Source of the DNA: Paragordius varius
Lineage: Eukaryota > Animalia > Nematomorpha
Length of the DNA: 64,000 bases
Direction: 5' to 3'
NCBI GenBank assembly: GCA_964247055.1
Contig: OZ176055.1
Location: 9,424,001 to 9,488,000, forward strand
Below the pieces are notes generated by a model, which was given only the letters and a program-made list of their open reading frames with translations, was not told the DNA's origin and searched no databases. Position 1 is the stretch's first letter. Each line of letters starts with the position of its first letter. Positions 13,562-25,201 of the stretch are shown here, one piece after another. Made by a program: the position numbers and the translations under genes.

Positions 13562-14120
13562 CACTTGGATAAAACACATTCATTTTAACCCTTCGATTCG
13601 AATTGGGGTAGTTAAATACCCCAGGCCTCTTTAATATTAAATTTTTTAAAAAATATGGAAGGAATCGATGCCATGGCAAAATTTTGCACTTATATAACAT
13701 AAATAAACTGAAATATCTAAAAAATTATATTCAAAAATATATGATATTACTTATTTTAAGCCAAAACCGAAAGGCAAGAATTTAGTCAACCTGACATGTG
13801 TGCAATGGTAAAATGAAAAATAATACAAAATAAACCGCTCTTTCTATTTCTATCAATGGATGTAATTTAAATATAAAAATTCTACTCTTAAAATTAAATA
13901 AAGACGATATTTGCAAAAATTTTGTAAAGTTAAAATGGCGTCGAAGTAGTTTGACATGGAACTTTTTCTTCAAAACAATTTAGATATTCTGGCATATTTA
14001 TATAATTTTTATCAGAATAGAAGCATAAATTTAAATTGGGACCGTTTCCTTCTGTAGTTTTTAAAAAATCTTAACTTAAATTTAGTCTGGGGTATTTAGA
14101 TACCCCAATGAATCGAAGTG
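13562..14120 (+). mobile_element. piggyBac-type MITE (559 bp)
   Basis: Flanked by TTAA on both sides; ends CACTT...AAGTG; internal inverted repeat (TTCGATTC..ATTGGGGTA...TACCCC) is offset at one end. Copies at 20389-20775 and 35937-36507. Confidence 0.85.
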
Positions 14121-14592
14121 TTAAAATCACGGCATGATCGAAATTTTTTGATCGAATTTCGAAGCCAAATTAAGATTTATAGCTTTCATTCTTAAATATC
14201 TTTTAAAAACATTATTAAAAATAAATTATAACCATTAACTTGCGTTTAGGATTATTTTAATATAATAATCGTGCTGATCGATGAAACTTTCATATTATTT
14301 AACCAATAAAATTGAATAATTACTCTAGTCCTTTATCCCTAAGTATTTCACACTTAAAATTTGTTTTTTGATGCGCACCATGTTATATTTATATTATTAA
14401 GATAGATGTGTATAAACTTAATATTTCAAAGATATAATTTTACAACTTAATATTTGTATATAAATTAGTTTATTGCAGTTAATATGCGCCGCCATCACCA
14501 TAGGCTTACCATTTGTAATTCGGTCAAAAAGTTAAGCGCATATAGCACATGTTTTTTGAATTGATTTGATTGATTCACAATTCTTTACAAAA

Positions 14593-17500
14593 ATGGATGT
14601 GAAACCAAAAACGGAGTATCCCACGCTAATCACGCTTGATAAAAATCAAGCGTTGGAAATACTCACTTCAATGGCCAAAGATATGAGTGATAAAAATGAG
14701 TCATTTGACGAGAAACCCCTTTCGATTACAGCCTTTAATAGCGATCACATTTTATATACTTATTCCCTCATCCCAGATGAAAATAATGAATTTACATTTG
14801 TGGTTGCTGAAAATGAAAGGGCTTCTGAAAATCATGTTCCAGCAATCGATACCGAGCTTGCAACTCTCATGGAAGATGACCCAAAAATTAGCATGATTTT
14901 GGTATTTATTTTAATTATATGTTTAGCCTCAACCTCGTGGAAGGAGAAAGTCTATAGTTGATCCACTTGATTCTAAGAAAAGTAATTTATCAAATAATAA
15001 TTTTAGTCTTAATTTTGTTTTTAATAAAAAATTAAGCAAAAAGAATTCAGAAGTACTATTCATAATTTGCAAAACATTGATTTTTACGTTTGCTTTACTC
15101 ATTTTTTCGGTTTAACATTACAAATTTTGATTTAGCAAATCTTAAGCTTTATCTTATATTAGCTACCTTACTATTTATTTTACGATATCAATAAACTATC
15201 CTACTATTAAAACATTTAATTTTATGATATAATCATCTTGTTAATCAAATATTTCTATAAATTCCGTGCAAAAAGTACAAAATCTGATAAAAATCCTTTT
15301 TTACTTACTCTAAAAAACTTTATATATATTACATCTTTTTACTCGTTCTTATTTTTTCTCTAGAAAAATTGGTTTGCCCACAGTGTTTGTTTGAAACGAC
15401 GCATAAACCATCCTATTTGGGCCATCTAATGACACACTCCAAAGAAAAACCGTATAAATGTTCGGAATGTGACAAATGTTTCAAAAGCATCATGGGTAAA
15501 AGGCAACATGAATTAGGGCATAAGGGGATAAAACCACACAAATGTTTAGATTGTGAGGATCGGTTTTTTACATCGCAATCCGAATTGCAAAGGCATGTCC
15601 GTTATGTGGTACGTTTTTTAAGTTTTTTAAATTTTTTTTATTAATTTAATCATTTTCTTGGCTTAGGCGTATGAATAGGGGAGATAAAATTGTGTAATAA
15701 AGGGTATTTGCTCACATATATCATCATTTAACATTTTATCTTGTTTTGGTGATTAAAGTTTATTTTTACAGTAAATTTCTAAAGCAAAGCAAAATATCTC
15801 TTTGTATTAATTTAACTACCTTTGATTTCTTATATACAAAATTAGCACATTAAAAAATATGTGTCTTTTGATTTTTACGTTTGTTATATTATATTTTTAA
15901 TTTATACTGTAAATTCCAAAGGTAAGCCAAAATTTTTTTTGCTAATTTAAATACCCTTGTTTACTATAAAATTAGCGTACTAAAGAACAGGCTCATAAAT
16001 GTCCCGACTGTAATTATACAAAAAATAGTTGTCTTTTACGTTTTGTTTTTATAATTTAAATTTTTAGTTTAAATTTCAAACAATAAACATATTTTTTTAA
16101 TGGATTTGTATACTCTTTCTTTTTTTATATATTGTAAACATATCCACACTTGGGAGAGGGCTTATAAATGTCCCGACTGTAATAATGAAAAAATACTTTT
16201 TATTTGCCTTTATAATTTTAATTTTTACTGTAAATTTTTTAAAGCAAATCAAATAATAACTATTAATAAACACTAATTTTACCCTTTTTTTATCTATATA
16301 AAATTATGTTAGCACACCAAGGAGCGGGCTCATAAATGTCCCGATTGTAATTATGCTTGTGTTGAATATGCCAAATTACGGCGACATATTCAAGCGCACA
16401 TTGGTTATAAACCATTTGCTTGTAGTGAATGTACGTATCGTTGTGTCGATAATTTCAAACTCAAACGACACATGAGAGTTCATACGGGGGAAAGGCCTTA
16501 TAAATGCCCTAAATGTGATCGATGTTTCACGCAAAGCAATGGTCGAAAGGTAATAAATATAGTTTTAACTGTAAACCAAGGAAAAAAATGTTGGTTATTT
16601 TCTGATATTGTGAAAGATGAAAAGCTTTTAAATTTGTGCGGTAAAATATTTTAAGGTTTAAAATAATTAATTTAGAGTCGTAAAGGTAAAAAAAATATGT
16701 GATTATCCATTTTTTTGTAAAATCAATTTTTTCGACCCTTGATTTGTTTTATATAACTTAGATTATTGGTTATTAAATCATTGGGTTAAGTCATCTCACC
16801 TCCCTATTTGGCTAACTTTATCTAGAAATATAATTAATACTTTGTATAGTAGAAGTGTTTATCGAGTTAATTTTATTTTTTTTACACATTTTAAAATTTA
16901 CTCTATAAACCATATATTTACATACCACACAGGCCCATATTAAAGATATACATGAAAAACCCAATCCCAGTTTTAAATGCCACGTTTGTCCATACGTTAC
17001 GCGTAGGAAAACAGATTTACGAATTCACTTCACCAATATGCATAGTACGGAACATCCCTTTCTCTGTGAATTTTGCAATAATTTTTTACCTGACAAATAT
17101 GCTTTCACGGAACATTGTAAAAAACATAAAGGTGGGTGTGAAACAATATACTAATTTTAAAGACAATATATATAAATATATTAAACTAACATATATCTAT
17201 AATTATTTGTTAAATTAATTTATTCGGAAATTCGATTGAATAGATTTAAAGCATTTTTACATATTTTTTGCGAAATTTTTTAAAGCCATGCAAAAACTTT
17301 TGTATTATATTTTATACCCGATTATTTCTAATCCAAAAAAATATTGGCTTTTTTTATTGAAAATTGGGAACATGCATTAAAATTTCCATTATTATTTTGG
17401 TAAAAATGGCTGAGTTTTGTAGATTTTTTGTTGTGAGAAATATTTTCTAAACTTGTTTAATCAATCATTTTTAATTAGGAAAAAAATTCTTTTCAAATCT

Positions 17501-20089
17501 CATTTATTTTGGTTAAAAAGCGTACTAAAAAATATTTTTACTGTTTAAGGTAGCTATTTAGGTATTAAATTTTGAATATTACGGAATTTCTCAAATATAC
17601 TGTTAATTTTTTGCTAAGCAACAAATATAATTGTTGTTTAGTTTAGTATGAATTGATAAATTTAAGGTGTTACGGGTATTTTTTATTGAAATAAAGATTA
17701 ATAAAAGAAAAGATAATTTTATTTTTTTTTCTCTTCTTATTTTCTAGATGCGGGTGAACTGGTTTACAAATGTGATTATTGCCATTTCAAGCATACCAAA
17801 AAAGTGCATTACACAAAACATATGCAAAAACATATAGAACGTGGTACCATGTACAGTCAATGTAAAGTATGCGACCAAAAATTTGATAATCGCCATCAGT
17901 TAGATGATCATATATGGAATGAACATTTGAAAAAATATGAGAATTTATGTGATCCATTACCTGAAACTAACCAGGAACCTAAAAGCTCTGTTAAAATTAG
18001 AAATGATAACATCAATAACGACGTCTCACAAGAAGAAAAGAATGTGCAAGAACCAAATAACGTAGAGTTAAACGAGAATAATGATGGTGCGTTTGTTAAT
18101 GTTTCAAACAACATTGAAGCAAGCATAAATGCTGTCATACAAAGGTTTTGTGGTAAAGCCCAATCTGTTCAAAGGTCTGAGCCCCGTGGTAAAAAATCTC
18201 TTCTTGTTGTTCCTAAACAAAAAGCGAAGGCGCCTGAAAATAAAAAAAATATGGTTGAGGATATCAAAAACCTTATTGTACCACTCAATGATCAATCTAT
18301 TGTTAAGTCACCAAATAATGCGACACCCATTATTTCTTATGATTCCTCGTTGAATAACAATTCATCAATTAACGATAATACTGACCATCCAAATAATGTA
18401 AATTCAAATGCAATAGCGAATCCTGGAGAAAATCAATCTTTAAACTTATGCCAACAAAATGGTGGACTCACAAATTACGGTAATGCTGAGATCGTGAATA
18501 ATGGCTCTATCGATGAAAATAATAAAGGTAAATGGTAAAAATATTAAGTAGTAAGATTAAAAAGATGTAAAAATTTTAAAAAATAGCGTTTATCAACAGT
18601 ATAATCCCGAAAAACACAGACATAAAGGCTCATATCTAACAAATTTCTTATGAAACAATTTTTTTTATCATGAATTTAGATAAGTTTTTTATATAATTGG
18701 ATTATTTAAAGCTATTATTGAAAATCAAATTAAATTTTTTGACATATAAGATTTAATTTGTCTATGGTAAGGCTTATTATATGGGTTGTTTAAGGCAATC
18801 TTCATCCTATTCGGGCATTGTATTCTTGTTTTCAATTTTGATATATTTTTTCTGATTTAGATAATATGTTAAATGGATATTTTTTAGCCATAATATTAAA
18901 CAGTGTTTTTTTTTCATAATTATATTTTACCCTTATCTAATCATCTTTTTGCACATTTTTATATGTTTCTTTTCGCTTAACTTTTTTCTAGAAAACGTAC
19001 AAAAACCACATTTAAATTTAACTGTCCCCTACGAATTTTTTGACCAAAGTCCTGCAATATTTCAAACTTTGTCCAATCTCAAACAGGAAGAAGGCGTTTC
19101 CCAAGATTATATTAATGGATTTTTGGAGGAAAGCGAAGCATACAAAGTATATTACTTTTTATTTCAATGATAACTCTAAGGACATTTCTTTATTTAATTT
19201 TATTTTTCTATTTTGAACATGACTTGATTCTTTTTTTATCCATATTTTAATTATTCTGCTATGTGTGATACAAATAATCTATCCATATTAATTTACGTTT
19301 AAAGTTTTTTGAATTGTTTTGGACTATAAAAAAACAGGCAAATATTTTTTAGTTGTAGTGTTTTCTTGATTACTTTCTCTATTACCTTTACAATTACAAT
19401 AGAATTTAAATAATGATGTTACTAATTTATATCTCTACTCCTTATTTCACAATCTAAAACGATATCAAAATAAAGGTTTGAAAAATATGGTATATTTATG
19501 GATAAAATATTAGTCTTTTTTTATGCTTTATTATCCATAATTATTATGTTCTTATTTAAAGGCTGCCCTAACTGGATTATATACTCAATTTGGTTCTAAT
19601 ACACTTAATTCTGGTAAGGATACTTGTCCTTCTTCCTCTATGATATCACCTCCTCTCACCTACAACAAAAGCGTGAATATGAATGGCAAAATTGCCGTAA
19701 AATCACGCATGTATTCCGTATTAGATCGTTCCGTCTCTTTTTACAATAAACGTGCCCCTGGGCCCACAAATAAACCGGGAAATAAAAGTTTTGTCAAAAA
19801 TGAAAATTCTAATGATAATAGTCCTACAATTTCCTCTTTCCAATCAACGTGTAAAAGAGGTCGAAAAAAGAAACTTTATAACTCTACGAATAAAGAAATG
19901 AATTCAACTAATCCGATTATTGAATCAACCAACATGCATGATGAATGCATAGATTTAATACCATCGGGTGATTTTGCCTACATTAATCCATTAAATTTGG
20001 AATGTACAGACTTGAATCCTGCATCGTCCCACGTTAATATTTTGAGCGTGCATGATAATATTAAGGATATCGAATCTGTTTTGTTGTAG
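14593..20089 (+). CDS. CTCF: CTCF-like C2H2 zinc-finger protein (10 fingers); exons 14593-14901, 14927-~14980, 15364-15608, 16313-~16549, 16933-17131, 17748-18527, 18992-19146, 19562-20089
   Basis: Fingers match CTCF in order: [13 protein letters not shown] (ZF3), [10 protein letters not shown] (ZF4, cf. SVEVSKLKRH), [19 protein letters not shown] (ZF5, cf. RDTYKLKRHMRTHSGEKPY), [10 protein letters not shown] (ZF6), RRKTDLRIH (ZF7, cf. ARKSDLGVH), DKYAFTEH (ZF8). Splice phases are consistent if the 25-nt intron at 14902-14926 is removed. Confidence 0.88.
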
Positions 20090-20388
20090 ATATTATATTA
20101 TAGCATACAAGTTATATCAACCAATTTTTTTCATTTTATATTATTTGGATTATTTTCTACCTAACCTGCTCAAATCCAGTTAAGTTTTGTGTTATTTGGA
20201 ATTAATAATTTTCTTTTCTTATCTGTGTAAATAATTGTATAATTTTACAATTTTGTACGATTCCAATGATTAATAGTAATAAATATGCCAAACAAATTAA
20301 AAAATAATAACGAGGTTAATATTTTTTAAACTGCCGAAATGTAATGGCTGATTCTTTCAAAGCGAGACCTATATGAGTATAATTTTAA

Positions 20389-20775
20389 CACTTGGATACA
20401 ACACATTCATTTGTCCTTCGGTTAGAATTGGGGCCGTTGGATACCCCATCCCCGTTTAAAATTAAATACTTTAAAAAACATGGAATAAATTAGAACCATG
20501 GCCAAAGTTTGCACTTATATAACATTAATGAACCGAAATTTAAAAATCATTCAAATATACCTGATATTACTTATTTTAAGGTAAACCTATGGGTAAAAAT
20601 TTAGTCAACATGACCTGCGCATTGGCTAAATTAAAAATAATTCAAAATAACCCACTTTTTCTGTTTCTATCAATGTTAGAATTGATTTAAATAAAAAATT
20701 ACCTTTTAATTTTAGTTTTAATATTAACTTAAATATTGTCTGGGGTATTTAGATATGCCAATTTGAATCGAAGTG
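20389..20775 (+). mobile_element. piggyBac-type MITE, internally deleted copy
   Basis: TTAA|CACTTGGATAC ... GAATCGAAGTG|TTAA; homologous to 13562-14120. Confidence 0.85.
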
Positions 20776-20779
20776 TTAA

Positions 20780-22290
20780 ATTAATTAAAAAGTGGTGGTT
20801 GATTGTATAGTTAATTTTTATCAATATATTCATATTAGCATATATAATGTAATTATTGAAGTGATTGTTCATTGTGCTCATATTTTCATATTTATACAAT
20901 TTGATTGTTTAAAAGTGGATGATTTTCAAATATTACCATTAAAGGTTGAAAAGTAATGTATTGTTAAACGATGGCGGAATATACACATATTATATAACTT
21001 GGATGAAATGTAATAGTTGATTGTTGAATACCAATATTATGGTTAGTATAATTTGTTAAAAGAATGATGGTTAATTGTTGAAAATAAACATATAAGTATG
21101 GTAAATATTTTTGATTGTTGCTGAAAATGATGGATGGTTAAAAATATTTGTAATAACTCGTGTAATTTAACTTAATTAAAAAAGTAATGGTTGATAGTCG
21201 AAAATAAACATATTAGTATGGTATCTTAAATAGTGATGCTTGATTATTTAAGATTTTTCTAATACATGGTTAATATAACTTGATCTAATGTTTGATTGTG
21301 GATGAGTGATGGTTATTTTTTAAAAATACTCATATTATAATTTCATTTTTTGAAAGTAATGGTTGATTGTTGAAAAAAATATATTTGATTGTTGATAAAA
21401 GATGGTAAAATGTTTAAAATAACCATATTAGTAGTTATTATAATTTTATTCTTTAATAATGGTTAATTGCTGGAAAGCGATGGTTACCCATATATCATGG
21501 TCAGTATAACTTAATTATTATAATAATGGTTGAATGGTAAAAAGCGATGGTTGATTGAAAAACCCATATTAGCGTGGTAATTTGATTTAATTGTGAAAAA
21601 AAGTAATGGTTGATCGTTTAAAATACTGATATCGCATGGTTAATATTACAAAATAGGTAAAAGAAAATTATGGATTGGTGAAAAGCGATGGTTAACTGTT
21701 GAAAATACCCATATTAGCATGGTTAATATAACTTAATTGTAGAAAAAATGTTTGATTGGTGAAAAACGATGGTTGATTGTTGAAAATATTCATATTAGCA
21801 TGGTTAATATAACTTAATTGTAGAAAAAAATGTTTGATTGGTGAATAACGATGGTTGATTGTTAATATCCATATTAGAATGGGAAATATAACTTAAGTAT
21901 TTAATGATTGTTAATACCCATATTAGCATGGTTAATATAATTTAATTGTTAAAAAAGTAATTAATAACTGATTGGTGAAAATACTCATATTAGCATGGTT
22001 AATAAAACTTAATTGTTAAAGAGTGATGGTTGATTGTTAAAAATATCCATATCAGCATGGTTAATATAATTAAATTGTAAAAAGAATGTTTGTTGATTGG
22101 TGAAGAGCTATGGCTGGTTGTTAAAAATACCCATATTAGTATGGTTAATATAATTTAATTGTTAGAAAGTAATGGTTGATTGTTAAAAACACACATATTA
22201 GTATGGTTAATAAAATTTAATTGTTGAAAAGTATTGATTGATTGCTGAGAAGCGATGGTTGATTGGTCAAAATTAATTTATAAAAACAAC
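20780..22290. repeat. Degenerate minisatellite, ~60-75 bp unit
   Basis: Unit resembles aaaagtaatggttgattgttgaaaatacccatattagcatggttaatataacttaattgt, roughly 20 copies. Same repeat at 29500-30050 and 30645-30800. Confidence 0.9.
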
Positions 22291-22299
22291 AAAGGGGGT

Positions 22300-23880
22300 T
22301 TCAAATTGACCATATGACCACGCCATCTTCACAATTTTGTCTAGGATTAGACTTCTTGATCCCGATAGACTCACGAATCCGGCGCTTTTTGTATTGAGCT
22401 ATGTTAGTGATTACTTTACGGGTTATAATGTGGTGATCATTGTGGATATGCTCTGCTAATCCCGAAAAGGGTTTTTGGGTACGAATATATTGATCATGTT
22501 CATTCCATCGGGTTAAGATAAGCGCTTAGACTCTCCTATGTATGTGTCATTACAGGAAACTCCTAAAAGGCTCTCTTTTGGAATTTTGTCTTTACAACTT
22601 ATATGAGAAAATTTATTGTAAGGCTTATATATACCTTATACTTGTTCATAATATGTCCAATTTTGGCTGTGATCCTTGATGTCTGGTTAGTAGTTTTGGT
22701 TTATGGTTCTTTAATTTATAAAAAAGGTTAGCTAAATAACCGATGAGAGTATTGGCTTAGTGTATAAAAGTATTTAAAGCTGAGTGTTTATGAACTGGAT
22801 AATGATGGGAAATCGCAATTAATTATAAGTTAGTGTGTTGGTTTTCAAAACACAGTATGTTGAATATACCATTCTTGATTTTTAGTTGCACATTTAGGAA
22901 GTGTAATTTGTGGGGGTTGTGTTCCATGGTGAAACGTATATTGGGATTTATGTCATTAAAAAATAATCTAGAAAAGTAAACAGTGTTTCTTCTCCGTGTT
23001 GCCATATCATGAATATATCATCTACATATCGATACCAATATCTAGGGGATAGTGTCGAGGATTCGAACAAAAGTTTTTCGAAGATTCCATGTAAATATCA
23101 GCTAGTATTGTGGAGAGACTGGATCCCATATGGGTTCCAGTATTTTGTAAATATTGCTTATTATACAGAAAATAGTTATTGTAAAGGCATATTTTTCCTA
23201 ACTTTGGAATTTCAGGATGTAGGCCATAAGTCACCACTTTTTTGATGACAGATATTACTTCATTTCGCGGGATGTTTGTGAAATGAGATTGTATGTCTAT
23301 GGTGACTAGTATGTCGGACTCATTCAGACGTATTGTTTTAATTAATGATTCACAAAATCTGTACTATTTTGTATGTAATGGATGGAATTATGTGCAAAGG
23401 GCTTTAGATGTTTTATGAGTTGTTTAGAAAGCCTGTCTGTAGGTGTGTTAAAATTATCGACAATTGGTCGGAGGGGTATTTCAAGTTTGTGAGTTTTAGG
23501 GGCTCCATAAATACGGGGTGGAATGATGAATTTCGGTATGCATGCTGTTTTAAAATTATTGGGTAATCTAGTGTTTTTTACCGCTTTTTTCACCAAGTTT
23601 ATGATACTTTGGGTCGGGTCTTTTCGGATTGTAGTATAGTCATTATTATGTATTATATCATTTATTTTTTGAGCGTAAAATTTGCTGTTCATTACTGCGG
23701 CATTTTTATGTGCCGGGAGTATTACAATAGAGGGGTCACCAATGACTTTTTTAGAGGCTTTTGATTTGGTATAATTTAGGGCGAGCAAATAGGACTTTTC
23801 TATGGTGACAATTCTTATTTTATCACTGTGGATTTGTACTAGTTGCCTTTACTGTTTTCAATTTCGATAATGGTTTCTAA
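22300..23880 (-). mobile_element. Penelope-like retroelement (RT + GIY-YIG), degenerate
   Basis: Minus-strand motifs: PPRIYGAPKTHKLEIPLRPIVDN, YLQNTGTHMGSSLSTILADIYME, YRYVDDIF (~23030), LHFLNVQL, and GIY-YIG CNDTYIGESKR (~22540). Frameshifted. Confidence 0.9.
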
Positions 23881-23884
23881 AAAA

Positions 23885-24770
23885 AATTAGTCATTTATGG
23901 CCTACATCATGACATTCCAAAGTTAGTGAAAATATTGCTTTACAATAATTATTCTGTACAATAAGCAACACTATTTACAAAATACTGGTACCCGCATGGG
24001 ATCCAGTCTCTCCCCAATACTAGCTGATATATACATGGAATCTTTAGAAAAATTTCTGTTTGAATCCTCGAGACTATCCCCTAAATGTTGAATATCGATA
24101 TGTAGATGATATATTCATGATATGGAAACATCTAAATTTTATTAATGATATAAATCCCAATATATGTTTTACCATGTAAATTCCACCTCCAAGGAGTTTT
24201 AGAAATTACCTGTTCATGCAATGATACAAACATAGGAGAGTCTGGACGCTCAATCTTAACCCGATGGAATGAACGTAATCAATATATTCGTACCCAAAAA
24301 CCCTCTTTTGAATTATCAGAGCATATAATCATGAACATCACACCCGTAAAGTAATCACTAACAATAGCTTAATACAATAAACGCCGGATAAGTTAGTCTA
24401 TCGAGATCAAGAAGTCTAATCTTGGACTTAATCGTGAAAACGGCCTAGTCATAACGTCAGTTTGAAATCCCCTTCTACACTTACAACATTTATATAAAGG
24501 CTAATTGTTGTTTTTTATAAATTACAACGCACCTCCAACCATATACATTTCAATCAATTACCTCCATCAATACATTATAAACAAAATAACCTTTATATTG
24601 TCATTTATTTCTTAGTTATTTATTTATTTTTATTTTTATCTCCATTTATATCTAATGAAGTTTATGCTACTATAAACGAAATATAATAAATTATTATTAT
24701 ATTAACTCGCTCTTAAGCCCTAGAATTTATTTAAAAGAGATTTTAAAGATTCCAAAGAAAGAAGATTATT
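23885..24770 (+). mobile_element. Inverted, 5'-truncated and internally deleted copy of the same Penelope-like element, plus its 3' tail
   Basis: Reverse-complement homology to 22300-23240 (GTRMGSSLS, RYVDDIF, then a jump to DTxIGES). The tail at 24520-24770 is the reverse complement of 29270-29510. Confidence 0.85.
24652..24700 (+). ncRNA. Degenerate PLE-type hammerhead ribozyme motif
   Basis: CTAATGA-AG-TTTAT-gctact-ATAAA-C-GAAA, then ATATAAT...ATTATAT. This is the core layout CUGANGA-stemII-GAAA-stemIII with a G5>A change. The sister copy (minus, 29347-29371) reads CTGATAA...CGAAA. Confidence 0.45.
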
Positions 24771-25201
24771 AGTTGTAAATATATTACTAAAGCCAATTTC
24801 TGTATACCTTATAATAATTAATCCTATAATTTTCGAATAAAGGTAAGATGGATAAATAATGGTAGGTATCACCAGGGAGCGTCCCTAAATTTATAATAAA
24901 GTTAATATATATGACCTTAAGATATTAACCTTAACGTAGAGTTCAATTAAAGAAATTTTTGGATGTTTGGGTTGATGCCAAAATTAGGATATATCAAATA
25001 TTTGTATAAGATCGTTATAATGTTATATCTTACGCTAAAATGTACGTAACAGTGCCAATTAACGCAAAAAGCGCTTCCAAAATCAATATTGATATAAATT
25101 GCCTCGATGTACTTGATATATGATGTTTTCAAGACCTTATAAGGCGGTAAAAAATAAGGTTAAATTATAATTTTTAATTTTACAAAAATATTTCTACCAC
25201 C

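Noticed and set aside
13350-13973. ORFs 13350-13700, 13782-13973 and the related 36339-36521
   Set aside because: Chance frames within the piggyBac MITE, partly running into the mariner relic.
20780-22290. GGTT-rich array as telomeric or Athena-type repeat
   Set aside because: No short TTAGG/TTAGGG-type unit; the period is 60-75 bp, and the adjacent PLE has a GIY-YIG domain, unlike Athena.
24780-25200. Recurrent ACCTTA/TAAGGT words upstream of the serpin as nuclear-receptor sites
   Set aside because: Short motifs in very AT-rich DNA; enrichment cannot be shown without a background model.
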